Assembly: GCF_963506605.1 (NCBI RefSeq)
Contig: NC_083284.1
Location: forward strand, 24,490,001-24,554,000
Length of the DNA: 64,000 nucleotides
From: Zootoca vivipara
Taxonomy: Eukaryota
Direction of reading: 5' to 3'
The notes beneath the pieces were generated by a model. That model was not told where the DNA came from. It worked only from the letters and a program-made list of their open reading frames with translations, and ran no database searches. A program made the position numbers and the translations under genes. This document shows, one piece after another, positions 42,301-55,700 of the stretch. Each line of letters starts with the position of its first letter. The first letter of the stretch is position 1.

Positions 42301-45300
42301 TGACGAAGGGCCAAAGTAGACATTGGGAATCCCTATTAGCTTTCCTCTTAGGGCTAATAGCAGTTGTGCTGATGGGGTGATTTCTTTCTCTTTGTGCCTC
42401 TCTTGCTATTAATTTTTCTAGCATCATGTTTAATATGGACCTAGGCTCCATTCACTCATTTTGCTCTGCAGGGTGAAGTGACGTGACAAGTGTGATATAT
42501 AGACCAAACACACGCTCACTTTTTGATGAACTTTAAATGAAATTGTTAATAGTTGGATGGGTAGTGCTGCATTGCAGTGATAGTATAACTTCTATTGTGT
42601 TTTATATAGATATAGATACGTACACACTTTTCTACCATGATACCCAAGGTGGTTTACATTTCTTTAAAAATGTGATTAAATTACAATTCATTACGATTAT
42701 CACATTATTATGATTATGTCCTATTGCTGTGGACTGCTTTGTGCACAATGTGGAAAATGCAGAATATTGAACAGGGATGATTGCCTTCATTGAGAAAATA
42801 CATAGATATACTTGCAAACGGCTTCTGCTTCTATTATGAGAATGAGAAGGGTTTGGTTTTCCAATAGTATAAATCAACCTGGGAAGGTGACATGTGCTTT
42901 TAGAAACAAAATAAAAAAGTTCCTTCCAGTAGCACCTAAGAGACCAACTAAGTTTGTTATTGGTATGAGCTTTCGTGTGCACATGATGTGTTTTTAGCTT
43001 ACTGTTAATTTTAATTATGTTTTGAACCTTTTAAAATACCTGTTTTCAGCTGCCTTTTATTGACAACACCGCTATTAATGTTTTTTGGGTTTTTTTGTAA
43101 ATTGTTTAGGGGTTCTTTTTACAATCGAAAGGTATATATTTTTGTTAAATAAACAGAAAGCATTCCCTTTATGAGCCCCATTGAAATGAATGCTGCTCGT
43201 TTTCTTGAGCTGTTCTCTGTGTTTTTAGCTACAACAACCTCTTTGGATGGGGCAAGCTGTATGCCTACGATGAACAAAAATACAGCTGCAAATCATATAT
43301 CAGTAAGTGGAGCTCAAACCTCAAATCAAGTAAGCTATTAGGCTGCAATTGTTGTACTGTGAGTTGTGCGGGAGCACTGTTTAGGTTTTGATATTGCTTC
43401 TCTGGGTTAAACCTCAGAGCCTAGGGCTTGCTGATCAGAATCACCGCGACGGGGCGAGCTCCTGTTGCTCGGTCCCAGCTCCTGCCAACTTAGCAGTTTG
43501 AAAGCACGTCAAAGTGCAAGTAGATACAGGGGAAGGTAAACAGCATTTCCAAGTGCTGCTCTGGTTCACCAGAAGCGGCTTTGTCATGCTGGCCACATGA
43601 CCTGGAAGCTGTACGCCAGCTCCATCGGCCAATAAAGCGAGATGAGCGCCACAACCCCAGAGTCGGTCACGACTGGCCCTAATGATCAGGGGTCCCTTTA
43701 CCTTTACCTTTTAGACTGTTCTAAGCTTATCCAAACCTATTACATAGCCGGGGGGATTATTGTTTGAATGCAGCCACAAATAAATGGAAAGTATACTCTT
43801 ACACTCTTGGCGAGTCTCATCTTCTCCTGTTAAACAGTCCACTTCGTTGTCACAGACGTATTTTCTTGGAATACACACATCTGAATGACAGTGGAAGTTT
43901 CCCCCCCTGCATGCTATCAGAAAGAGATCAGTCAGAATATAAAACACAAAATGGTCCATAAGTAGCACAGTGGTTTAAGGCCTAAGCACAAAGAATTGTA
44001 GAGTTGGAAGGGACCATGAGGGTCATCTAGTCCAACCCCCTGCAATGTGGGAATCTTTTTGCACAACCCTGAGATTAAGAGTCTCATGCTCTATCGTTTG
44101 AACTATTCAGTTATTTTTTTATAATTAAGCAATGTAACTTTGAAATATTCTACATTCTTTTTGGAACCGACAGCTTTCCTGCTCCTTTGTGTGTATAAAG
44201 TTGAATGCAATTATTTCTCTTTTTGGGAGCAATGAAAACACCCCCACCCCACCCCATATGTTCATGGTTACTGTTACTGTTTTTAGTTCTGATCCATTGA
44301 TTTTGATTGGTGAAGCTTATGTTTGCTTTGTTCTGAGTTTTGAGTTAAAGTTGGTATATAAATCTGAGAAATATGACTTGAATATTTTAACCTTTTGTTT
44401 ACAAGCATTTTTTGACAAGCACATAGCTTTAAAGTAGCTTTCAGAGGCTTTTGTTTATGTGACTGATAATACACGAAAACAAGAATGATTACATAGCATA
44501 GAACATACCTTTGCAGCATACTTCATCACTTAAGTCTCCACAGTCGTTGACGCCATTGCATGTCTTACCGGAAGGGATGCATTTTCTATTGACACAACGG
44601 AATTCTCTTGGGGAACATTCTGTCAAGTGGGATGAGAAACAAATAATGTTTTGGTTAGATATTCTGCAGCAGAAAAAGAAATATATAACTCCATAGGTTT
44701 GTTTTCTGGGATGGGTGCACTGTAGCTGAAGGCATGAAACTATTGTGTTCAGCATAACTGTCTGTCTCTGGTTTAATTATTAAGAACATTTCTATGTTTC
44801 CTTTTCATCAGTGACAAATCCAAGAAAGCAAACAAAATCCAACACAGCAAACAAAAAGATGAATTCATCATAGCATTCACAAGGATTTTTTTAACCAAAA
44901 AAAAAAAAATCAGAAGGAGAGATTTAAAACTGTATGTTGTGGGGAGGGGAACAGGCCCTGGCTGGCCCTGGGGGGGCGGTCACTTTGAAAGTTGAGTGGG
45001 GCCTGTTTACCCGACTTCATTCAGGACTCATGATGATTATCATTTACAGTAGTCATTTTCCTTGCAGCAGTGTCCCAAAGCAACTAACATTAAATCCAGC
45101 TAAAACAAACACAACCAGTAAGAACCTAAAAACACAGCAGCACGTCTTCAGGTAGCCCAATTGACTATGAACACTGACTGCGTTGTTTCAAAGAATCCAC
45201 AGTGTAGTTTGACTAAATATGCAGCAACAGAAGCAGTAATTAAGAGGCATCCTTTCTATCATATTGACTGAGTGACTGCATTTATGCAATGCCTTTCTGC

Positions 45301-47833
45301 CAAGGCTCCCAAGCTGGTTTACTTTTTTTTAAAGTAGAGCATGAGGCTATTTCAGGGTTGCGGGTTCTAGCCCCACATTGGGCAAAAGATTCCTGCATTT
45401 CAGGGGGTTGGACTAGATGACCCTCGTGGTCCCTCTTATGGTTCTAAGATTCTATTCTATGAAATGGTAGAAGATATAAAGCAAAAGTGTCCTGCCATTC
45501 CAAAAGTCTCTTCTTGGCCTGGTGGTATAAGATCCCTGGCCTGGGCCTTGTTGCCTCAGGGTACACTAGTTTTTCTTAAGCCACCCCAGGGAAAGTGAGA
45601 GAGGGACTGCACCAACATGTCATTTACAGGCAGATACTAACACTGTAATGAACTCAGGTGCTGAGTTACAACAGCTCTGTATCCACAAGAGCGATATCAA
45701 CACGCTAAAACCCTGTGACATGTTCAGTGACTACAGAATGTTGAGTTATCTCTTCCAAGGGGAGTTAATGCCAGTGGAGGGTGAGGAGAGGAGGAATGGA
45801 ATGGAATGGAGTCTCCTGTAAGAGGGCATGGCTAGCACATTGAAGAGGAATATTTCATATTGCAGTATTTTGTTCCAAGTTGGAGAATTTGATTATCAAG
45901 CCAGAAATGGCTAACTACAGACAATTCCCCCCACCCACCCACAAAAACTTCTTTTACCAACCTCTATGTGTTGTATGGCACACCACTTTTGCCACTTTCT
46001 CCTTAGTTTTATTCACTCTAGTTAAAGTACATTCTGCTAGGCTGGTCTCTATTCCTCTGCATCTTGCCTTAAGGCATTCCAATGAATTGGAGTCTTCTTC
46101 TGGGTCAACAGTGTCTGTACGATCAGCCCCTCTGAGCAATGCAAGAAAGAAGAAGAGAAGTAATCATTGGCCCTTTGTTACTTTTGGAATATAAAATGCA
46201 TTCTCTATAACATGGTTTGCTAGAAAACTAACATGTGTTATATATTAAAAGTACCGTTTATTCAGACAATAAGTGTGTGTGTGTGTGTGTGTGTAGCTAC
46301 TGAACTGTAAGGAGCCTAGCCTCTCTTTGGTTTTGCCAGTTTATGGGGAGCAGCCAAAAACACCTCAAGACAGAAAAGACAACAGCAGGCTAGATGGGCA
46401 AATAATATGACCTTCCAGAAGGTTCAGTAGTGTTCAGTAGTGCTCCGTGGACTCAAGAAAGGTCTTCCCAAGCGCTGCTACTTCAAAGGGTACCTACCTC
46501 AAACTGCATACGGTACTCTTGAGTACCCCCTGAATAAAAAGCACTGGCTGTATGAACTATGGCCCTGACCTCGTAATCCACAGATGGAAATTAGAACCCT
46601 CTCAGGTGTTGTTAGACCCTCAGCTCCTGTCACATACTAAAACCCTCCCTTGCACCCAGATGAGACCCTTGCATGGGGAAGAACACAGGCATGATGGGAG
46701 TTTGAGTCCAAGAACACCTGCAGGGCCACAGATTCCCCATCCCTGCTCAAATCCATCATAAAGATGGATGCCACGAATTCAGAGTTTTTCTTAAGATTTA
46801 TTTAAGTAACATTTTATCCATATAAGCAGCTCTCCATTCCACCCCAGAATCTTACTCTGGAAAACCAAGATGTCTGCAGGCCACATTTGCTTCATTCATA
46901 CCCCAATGAAATCCACACACAGGTGTCTTTGGGGATTGATTCACTTCCACTTGGATAATTCCTGTTGATGTTGCATTTTCAGGCTTCAACGAAACTTGAA
47001 AAGTCTCTAGAAAGCAAAGCAAAATCTGCTCATGTTTAGGTCGGTAAGGTTTACAAAAGACAGCAATGTGGACAAAACCCACTTTGTTGTATGCAAGGCG
47101 CCATGTGCATAGTTCTGTTGGCGTTGTTTGTCTGAAGGGTGGAGTTAAAATAAGTGAAAAGATAAATTAACCTTGAATGGGAAGACAGGTACAGTATTAT
47201 TTAATCAAATGCCACATTCTTTGTCAATTTGCTTCCTCTCTGGGATGCCAGATTTGAATTTCTACAACAATTCACACAAATGCATACCAGGAAATAGCTG
47301 GATGTTTTATATAGATACAAAAAGCACAGGGTTTTTCCCCCAATTACAGGGCATTGTTTATACACTTCTTCTTACCTTGAGAGCTGCATCTTCCTCTGTA
47401 CATAAATCTGCTCTTTTTACGCTGACATTCCAAGCTCTTTAGCTGGCAGTAATTTAAAGTCCTCTTCTCTGTAGAACAAACCAAGGTTCCCTTTCTTGGG
47501 CATTGGTAAGGTAGCTTACAGATACAGGAGCCATCCACACACCTCTGCCATGGCGGGCAAAACACTTTCTCGCAAGACTTCTGTGTGTATCCATTGTTTA
47601 CACATTCTTCTATCAGATATGTATCGTCCTAAAAACAAATACTATTCAGTAACAGAAGTTGATTTGTTGTTTTCACACTTCCTTCAGATCCATGCAAGCC
47701 TTAAAGTATTACCAAAAAAATGTGTTTCTTACAATGCCAACCATTTTTTAAAAGAAATAAAAATCCTTACCTTTTGTTGAAAAATTCCAAGTGGTAAGCA
47801 CAAAATAAACACGAGAGCTGATAATGATTTCAT
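33397..47833 (-). CDS. CFI: Complement factor I-like, copy B (diverged paralogue), ~579 aa if the 30-nt micro-exon is skipped
   Basis: Exons 47833-47771, 47628-47376, 47006-46856, 46131-45962, 44619-44509, 43913-43803, 42099-42064, [40174-40145 acceptor mutated], 39942-39907, 38730-38627, 37600-37494, 36382-36102, 35606-35505, 33611-33397. No internal stop or frameshift; triad intact; TAG one codon earlier than copy A. Confidence 0.9.
34081..35447. mobile_element. Non-autonomous hAT element, CFI-B specific
   Basis: TIR cagggccgg...ccggccctg; perfect 8-bp TSD ctggctca; GC-rich subterminal repeats. Confidence 0.9.
36856..37177. mobile_element. hAT MITE, CFI-B specific
   Basis: Ends aggg..agcaacct / aggttgcctacccctg; TSD gt(t/c)tagag; internal ~70-bp direct repeat; absent in copy A. 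Confidence 0.75.
37676..38018 (+). mobile_element. Full-length Sauria SINE, CFI-B specific
   Basis: gggacgcgggtggcgctgtggg head, (ccttta)n tail, TSD ctatgtatg. Confidence 0.88.
40195..41190 (+). mobile_element. Non-autonomous Helitron-like element, CFI-B specific
   Basis: AT-rich start tatataaaaatgtaaaatgtcc; 3' hairpin gccacagcaacgcatggc followed by gggtacagCTAG|T; no TSD; absent at ~20170. Confidence 0.7.
43403..43711 (+). mobile_element. Sauria SINE, CFI-B specific
   Basis: Sauria body with (ccttta)n tail; absent from copy A. Confidence 0.85.
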
Positions 47834-47902
47834 GGTGAAGAGTGTCTGTCCGTATTTAGAATATTTTCTTTCCCTAAAACTTTTCCCCAGTCTCAGACTT
47901 CT

Positions 47903-47948
47903 GCTATGTGTTTAATTTTTAACCATTAGCAAATATTTATAAAGATGG
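47903..47948 (-). promoter_or_regulatory. CFI-B proximal promoter: HNF1-like and FOXA-like sites
   Basis: Same motifs as the copy A promoter. Confidence 0.5.
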
Positions 47949-49949
47949 TTCTGAAACAACTACGGAGAACATCCATGTGCATGGATGGTTCTCAGCTCTT
48001 AGACAAGATCCTGCTTAAACCTCAGTTCACTGTTCACTGCAAAAATGATAAGAGAAGCAAACAAGTAAAAAGACTGGTAGATCCCTGAAGGGATGTGCTG
48101 TCCTGTGCTGTCCTCTCACACAACTTTCTTAATACTCTCACTTATTTATGTAGCTGCTTTTTATTGGCATGCTATTCTGGAGCAGAAGAGAATGGATGAT
48201 TTGCATATTTAACTGACAGGGGATTAAGATTTCAAGGTTGTGTTTGGCCAGTTGCTCAATGCCTTGCCAAAGGGTAAAAAAGGTATTTGTGCACTAAGCT
48301 CTGGGAGTGCCAGTTTCTGGGAATGGCTAAGCAACTAGCCCAAAAAAATAAACGAATAGTGGGGCAGTTCAAAAAAGAAGGTTTGTGTTTTAATTTTTCT
48401 CCTTAGGAACATAGGAAGCTCCCTTATACCGAGTCAGACCATAGGTCCATCTAACTCAGTGTTGTCTGCAGCCTGTAGCAGCAACCTCTTCACATAAGCC
48501 TTTCCACCAGGGGCCGCCTCCAACTTTATGGTACAGTACATAGTTCTTGCCCCCTCCCTTTCAGCTGTACTGATACTTGGGGGACCACACCATAAAACAG
48601 TTGTAGGGGGAGTGGAGCAACAAATGCTCTGTGTCAGGGCTTTTTTTCAGCTGGGACTCACCGGAACTGAGTTCCTGCACCTGAGGGCGGGCACCGTTGC
48701 CATTATAAGAGAACAAGGTTCATGGTGAGTTCCGGCACCTCTTTTTCTGGAAAAAAACACTGAGCACCTTAAGACATGCAAGAAAACGGGTTACCTCCAG
48801 GAATTTTGAAATGGGTTTAGTGACCCTGGAAGTCTGCATCTCTACATTCTGTAACTTCTCCTGCTGTACGCCAATAGCTATTTGGAAAGAACATTTCTGT
48901 TTTGGCCATGCCTGCTTAGAAATAAGCACCACTCAGTTCAGTAGGGATTAATCTCAAATCAGGGTGCAGAAGACTGTGGGCTTTGTGTGATTACAATACA
49001 AATATTTCTTTCACTTTAAAAACACAGCTGATTTCTCAGTAATTCTTATCACTGATGATTAGGAAACAAGGAAGTAAACAGAAAATTCGCCCTACAGGTA
49101 TTTCCCGCACTTTGCCTGATTTAGACTAGTAATGTATGCGACTCATAAAAACTTTTCTATTGTTTCCGTCCAAAAAATTCCCAGCAATCAAATGCAGTCA
49201 GGTAAGCTTCTTAATAACTAGCATTCAAAACACTAGTTTGGAAATAATTTTCGCATGTAAAATTCAAAATAAAGCGAATAGGTATGTTCAGATATTTCCA
49301 TAACAATGCCCGCAGCTACAATAGACATTCTTATTCTTACTGTTATAATAATTTATTTTCTTCTTCTTATTATTAAGGATTTTCTTGATTTACAAAGCTA
49401 TACAATGCAATGTCTCTCGTAACATTTTTGCAAATCAGTTTCATTTGTTGAGACATTGGGAAGAAAGGGGAAAAGATATAGATGGGGGAGAGATGGGTGG
49501 GGGTGGGTGATTTGATTTATTTTATGATACATAAGGAAACACCAAACGATTGAGGAAAAAATAGAAAAAGTTTTTTTCTCTGGAACCTGATTCATTAGAT
49601 GTTTGTGACTACGATTCTCATCAGCCCCAACCGGGGATACAGACATACATTTTGTCCACAGCAGTTGACAAAAAGATTCACTTTGGAAGTTTCGCTTAAA
49701 TTTTCGGAGGGGTAGCAAGTGTCCCACCGGTGTGGCAGCACAAACTTATTGCGACACCATCTTCCATCAGGTGCATGCAAACTACACAGCAATGTGGAAA
49801 CAAGCGAATTACGAAAACAGACACGGTGTTCATTTTTTTAGCAATATGATTTATTACAAGTTGCGGCTTCTGCTGCAGCCAGTGACATCCGAACTGTGCT
49901 AAATGCCGCAAATTTATAAAATGCTGCAATTTTCTCTGTGTGTGTGTGT

Positions 49950-50900
49950 GTTTCTGCAGCACACGAATACACATTCCGTGAGATAATCCGTAAGGTAATA
50001 CATATTCCACGAGACAATCTGCCATAGAACCTGCACCTTGCGGAGCTTTGGGCGCCCGTCAATCCGCCTGCCTCGCTTCGCTTATGGGATCGCCCTTCCT
50101 CGTTTCCCAAGCGGCGGGGAAACAACAAGCTGGAGAAACAACACTTCTCTATGGTTGGCTAAACGTCGTAAAAGGGAAGCGCGTGATTTTACGGCAGGCC
50201 CGCGATTGGCTGGATCGCCGGCAAGCGTGGAAGGGGAAGAGGAGGGTCGCCGGAAGTGGCCTTCGCGCGTGAGTCCTTGGCGGAAGAGCGGTGCGGCCAC
50301 GTGGGGAGGAAGAGCGAAGCGTGCTGCGCTTAGGTGGGAGATCCTCGTAGAGTCGGAAGGGACCCTGAGGGTCATCCAGCCCGACCCCCTGCAATGTTGC
50401 TTGCAGGGGCTTGCCTCGCCTTGCAGGCTCTTGGAGCCCGTGTGGGCTGGGAGGAGGGGCGGGGGTCGTGGTTGCTGCTGCTGCTGCTTTGCAAAACTCC
50501 GGGTTGGGCACCTGCTTCTGAGTCGCTGTTTCTCCCAGTTTCCTCCCTTGAGCCTCCTGGCCGTTTATGAAGCGGGACTGTGTTGGGAAATACGTGCCTC
50601 TTAGGTTGGGATGTGGAACGCACTTACTTGCGAGTAAACCCCATTGAACTCGGTGAGGCTTACTCCTAAGGCGATGCGTGATATTAAAACGACTCCCTTC
50701 CTCATATGCTGGGTTTTGCCCGAACTATTCATACCGAATAGTTTTTTGGGTTTTGACGGGCAGGTTTTTTCCCTACACCTGAAGCACTGCGCTTTGTTGT
50801 TATTTTTAAAGAAACACCACGAATGTCGGAAGCACAAGATTCGGATCGCTTGTTGGGTTTTTCGAGGCTAGGCAGCATCGCTGTGCACGTTTTGAGAAAT
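49950..50900 (+). promoter_or_regulatory. CpG-island promoter and probable non-coding first exon of GAR1
   Basis: CpG-rich, with an ETS motif ccggaagtg at ~50250 and an inverted CCAAT (gattgg) at ~50204. Lies ~2.4 kb upstream of the GAR1 ATG exon. Confidence 0.7.
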
Positions 50901-51846
50901 GGTGTGGGAGAAGAAAGGGAGAAGAGAAGCTTGTGAGGAAGGTAGCAGCATCAAAAGTTTGGGGTTTAGGCGTTTTGCAACACTGCCACTGCAGAGTGGT
51001 CATTTCCCCACCTGTAATTGCCATGAGCTTCAAGTACCTGCTTGGGGAGGGGCCCTGGTCCCTAGGGACTTTTGAAAAAAAATGGTGTTCTGTGGTGTTG
51101 GTTTCAAGGTTGCACAGTTGGGATAGTTCTCTGCCAATCATGGAACCTTAAAACTACAGTCGTTGCAGCAGCAAAAGTCATTAAGGCTGTCTCCCTTAAT
51201 GTAATATCCTCCAGATGTTCTGGACTACAGTTTTCATCACACCTGATCGTTGGGAATCAATAGTTCAAAACTTATGGAGGGCACCAGATTGGGAAGGCTG
51301 GTTTAAGGGCTAAAGAGTAGCTCTTACATAATTGTTTAACAGTTTTCATTACCTAAAAATGAAAAAATTTCTATACTGAAGAGTAAATAACACTTCAGTA
51401 TAAGTTTAGTGTAATATTTGAAATTGAAAGTGGTGCAAGGAAGATAACAGTGGGTGAAGAAATAGCTGTTCGCCTTCTCCCCTTTTAAAATAAAAACAAC
51501 AACAGTACTTGCCTTGCTTCTTTTCATAACACTGATACAATGCCTGTGATGATTTGAGTATTTAGGTAAGGTTTTGGTTCACTTTCATGGGCCAAATGAT
51601 AAAGTTGTACCATTTTAAAGAATAATGGTTCAAGCTAAAGGTAGCTTCACTCCTTGAATAGTACCTCATTTCTTAATCTCGCCTTTTGTTGGAATAAAGT
51701 TGTGTTGTATAACAGAATTAAAATGTAGGGAGTCCTATTCATTTATTTGGTGTCTTAGACTCATGGTGGCCTTTGGCAGATAGTACCTTCCTACTCCCTC
51801 ATTTAGCTCATGAATGGGGTAAACTTGCTTTCGAAAACTACAAGTA

Positions 51847-52071
51847 CAGTGGTACCTTGGAAGTCAAATGGAATCCGTTCTGGAAGTGCATTCGACTTCC
51901 GAAACGTTCGGAAATCAAGGCACGGCTTCCGATTGGCTGCAGGAAGCTACTGCAGCCAATCGGAGCCGCATTAGACATTCAAGTTCCAAAGAATGTTCAC
52001 AAACCAGAACACTCACTTCTGGGTTTGCTGCATTCGGGAGCCAAAATGTTCGAGTCAACCAAGATATGACT
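51847..52071. mobile_element. Tc1/mariner MITE
   Basis: ta|cagtggtaccttgg ... ccaagatatgactg|ta. Confidence 0.7.
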
Positions 52072-52091
52072 GTATCTGTTTGATTCATATA

Positions 52092-52325
52092 CAGTGGTAC
52101 CTCGGTTTTTGAGTGTCTCAGAAGCCAAACGTTTTGGATGCCGAAAACCTGGAAGTAAATGCTTTTATTTTCAAACGCTCAGAAGTGGAATGGCTTCCGC
52201 TGCATGTTTTTCCATTTTTTTTTTCATTGAACTTGCATCCAGCCCCTTTGTGCCTCGGTTTTTGAACATTTCAGAAGTCAAACGGTCTTCCAGAATGGAT
52301 TACGTTTGAGAACCAAGTACCACTG
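52092..52325. mobile_element. Tc1/mariner MITE
   Basis: ta|cagtggtacctcggtt ... aaccaagtaccactg|ta. Confidence 0.75.
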
Positions 52326-52705
52326 TATTACAACTGCTGTGTGGAAGCCACAGGAACAGCTAAGGAATCAAATATATCTGTGCATCTAGTTTTTGGATGG
52401 TTGGTGCAACTGAAATGTGAAAAAAGAATTTTTTTATGGGAGAAAAAAATCTCTTGGTACAGGAATTTTATGAGGATTAAGTGACTGATTTCAATAACGT
52501 AAAAAACCCAAACTCAAAACCTAACGTCTTATACCTTCAAGGTAACTGATCTTTTGAAAAGTATTTTGGATGATGTAGATTAATACATGATGACGCTAGT
52601 GAATGCATGCAGTGAAATGACTGGCACAAGTCTAGAGTCAAGCTCTACAGAGATATATAGGAATGCTATTGATTTTCATGAATTTTTATTGAACAGAAGG
52701 GAGTC

Positions 52706-55700
52706 ATGTCGTATCGAGGAAGAGGCGGTGGTGGAAGCTTCAATCGTGGTGGTGGGAGCTTCAATAGAGGTGGTGGCGGCGGCGGCGGCTTCAGTCGAGG
52801 TGGTGGTGGCTTCAATAGAGGTGGACGGGGTGGAGGAAGAGGTGGATTTGGCCGTGGAGGTGGTGGACGAGGAGGCTTCAACAGATCATATGACCAAGGA
52901 CCTCCAGAAAGTGTAGTCAGTAAGTTACAGTCATTTCTTAATGTACATGAAATAAAACGTTTAGATCCTGACTTTGAATTCCTGATCTCAATATGTTTCC
53001 CTTTTTTATTTACAGTCCTGGGAGAGTTTATGCACCCCTGTGAAGATGACATTGTTTGCAAATGTGTGACTCAGGAGAGCAAAGTACCTTATTTCAATGC
53101 ACCCGTCTATTTAGAAAATAAGGAACAGATTGGGAAAGTGGATGAAATCTTTGGGCAGCTCAGAGACTTTGTATCCTTTAGTTGTGTACTTTTGAATGTT
53201 TGCAGAAGATAAATTACTAGCATTTTCTCTTTCTTTAATTTTCTAGTGTTCCATAATCTAGAATCTAATTTCAGTGTATCTTTTAAGATGAATCTCAGCC
53301 TTGTATTCAACCATTTACCTGGTTTATGTAGTTCATTCAAGCAAATGGGCTGTTGAAGAAAGGGTGAAATGCAACCCCACAAATTACCTTTGCACCCAGC
53401 ATAGAAACTTTTTGTGTGGCTATCCTGTGTTTTTACTCACGCAAGGGGCTTGTATAGAGATGGAATCGTATATCTGCCATCCCTTCCTATGAGGAAAAAG
53501 CAGGCTATTAATTTTTTTTTTTGCAAAGGTAGTTTGTTGGGATCCCCATTTGGTTTCTCTGTTTGTGAGAGAAGACAGCTTAATGCCCACATAGGGATGT
53601 GTGTAAGAGCATCTCCACCTCCATCGTTCAGTCTGGACACTAGCAGTTCCCTCCCTGCGAAAAGTGAAGTTACAGGGAACCAGGCAGAGGGCCTTCTCAG
53701 CAGTGGTGCCTTTCCTGTGGAATGCTCTCTCATCAGATGTCAAAGAGATAAATAGCTATAAAACTTTTAGAAGACATCTGAAGGCAGCCCTGTATCATGA
53801 GGTTTTTAATGTTTGATGTTTTATGATGATTTTATGTGTTTTGGAAGTTGCCCAGGGTGGGTGGGGCAACCCAGCTGCATGGACAGGGCATGATTAGTTG
53901 TTGCTGTTATTGTTATTGTTGCTGTTATTATTATTATTATATTGGGACCTACCGGTATTGCTTGTACATTTCATAATTACAAGGTACTTTTTCACCCTTT
54001 TCACAATTGTGCTGTGTTCATACATAACACTAAGCCATGGTTTACATCAGCCAATATTTATAAGCCAACATGGCACTCACTGCTTCTAAAATGAAAGTGT
54101 TCTGATGGCAACTGTTGCCTCTGTCACATTTTAAAGTTCAATGGCAGCGTCTTTATAGATTTTGAAGCCAGTGTGCACCGCTGTATCAATCATGTCTGAA
54201 ATCCAAAGTGAAAAAGAGGATAGTGCATTCTCAATTTCTTTCGGAATGCTAGGTCTTTGTTTTCTAATATAAATGACATAAAGGCTATAATAAGACTCAA
54301 CCATTGCTTGAGGCACTTTTCATCCATATGAAAAGAATTGTAGATGCATTCAATGTAACCTTTCCTAAACAAGTCAAATAGTATTTTTCAGTCAAATTGT
54401 CGGAAAACATGAAAGCTGCTTCCTTCAAAAAGTTGCAAAAGGTAAGATTACTTGGAAACACTAATAACCAGTGTTTCAAAATTCTGAACTTGGATAAGGT
54501 GCATGAAAGCTCTCATCCCATGGGGTGTTATTTAAGCTTACCTTCTAAATGCATGTGCAACAAGTATTCATGGTGTTTAAGTAGTCATTGAGTGTATGTA
54601 TGTGTGTGCATGCATGTCTGCCAATTGCAAAATTATAGTGTAGACCAGGGGTCCCTACCACTTACTAGTGGGTGTTTCAGGATTCTAGGTGGGCGGTAGG
54701 GGGTTCTACGGCACAAGCTGAATCCTCCTTCCATCAAGCACTGGTAGGCGGTAAGGAAATTTTACCATCAAGAAAGATGCATTAGTGAGCGGTAGGTATA
54801 AAAAGGTTGACTACCCCTGGTGTAGACCTAGTGTTAGCCTTATTAATTTAAACAGGTTGGACCTAGAGTTTCCCTTCCAAGAATGAAAAGGCTCCCTTTG
54901 CGAAAGGAACTGACAGAGATACGGCGGAGGTTCCTGCTGGAGGAAGGGATGTTGATTTCTGTCCATTTTACCCACCCTTTGCACCAGCTCCCACCCTGTT
55001 TGATAGCTGTTGTCTCCCAACCCTCCAAAGCAGTTTTTTTAGGAGCCGTGGCTGCTGCAGAGCAAATAAGGGATTAGCAAAAACCCCATGAGTAGAGTTC
55101 ACATTGTGGCCCCTCTTCATCCAAGCCATAGCGTATTCTTGCTGCTAAGTGACAGGGCACATTGAGATGATGTTCACCTTGTTTAGTCGCTTGGATTCAG
55201 CTACCACTGCAGTTAAGCCCTACGTTTTGAGACTGGACTGGGATTTTGACTTGGTGATGACTTTACTGAGATCAAGAAAGCAGTGAAACATAGGGTTGCA
55301 GCAACACCTAGTTTTAATAGCTGTTAAATGTAAAGTAAACTTGTTTACTCTATAACCTTTAAGTTCTATACACATGTAAGAAAGGTTTTGGACAAAACCT
55401 AACCTTGGCCTTTCCTCTCTCTCCCCCCCCCCCGTCCTGCAGTTTTATATCGATCCAGCAAAATTGCTCCCTCTGCAGAGATTTTTGCCAAGGCCTCCAG
55501 GTGAAAAAGGACCTCCGAGAGGTGGAAGAGGAGGCCGTGGTGGAAGAGGAGGTGGCAGAGGTGGAGGTGGCAGAGGGGGAGGTAGGTATTCTTGTCTGGA
55601 TGCATGCAATAACGTGGTAGACACCCCCCCTCCCAGGCAGAAAGTTTGAAAATCCAGGTCTGGAAGCAAGATGTTCCTGAAAACATTTGTGTATATTTTA

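Larger units (their letters stand above)
32611..49668. repeat. Tandem segmental duplication unit 2 (CFI copy B)
   Basis: Colinear high-identity copy of 14512-32613 with different TE insertions and indels. Confidence 0.93.

Noticed and set aside
33397-47833. Calling copy B a pseudogene
   Set aside because: No frameshift or internal stop; triad, cysteines, promoter motifs and all splice sites except one skippable symmetric micro-exon are intact; the TAG removes only the last residue.
50038-50623. 188-aa and overlapping ORFs at the GAR1 promoter
   Set aside because: CpG-island composition plus a SINE fragment; no recognisable protein.
52587-53061. Poly-Pro and Val/Glu-rich ORFs
   Set aside because: Antisense or alternate frames of the GAR1 RGG repeats.
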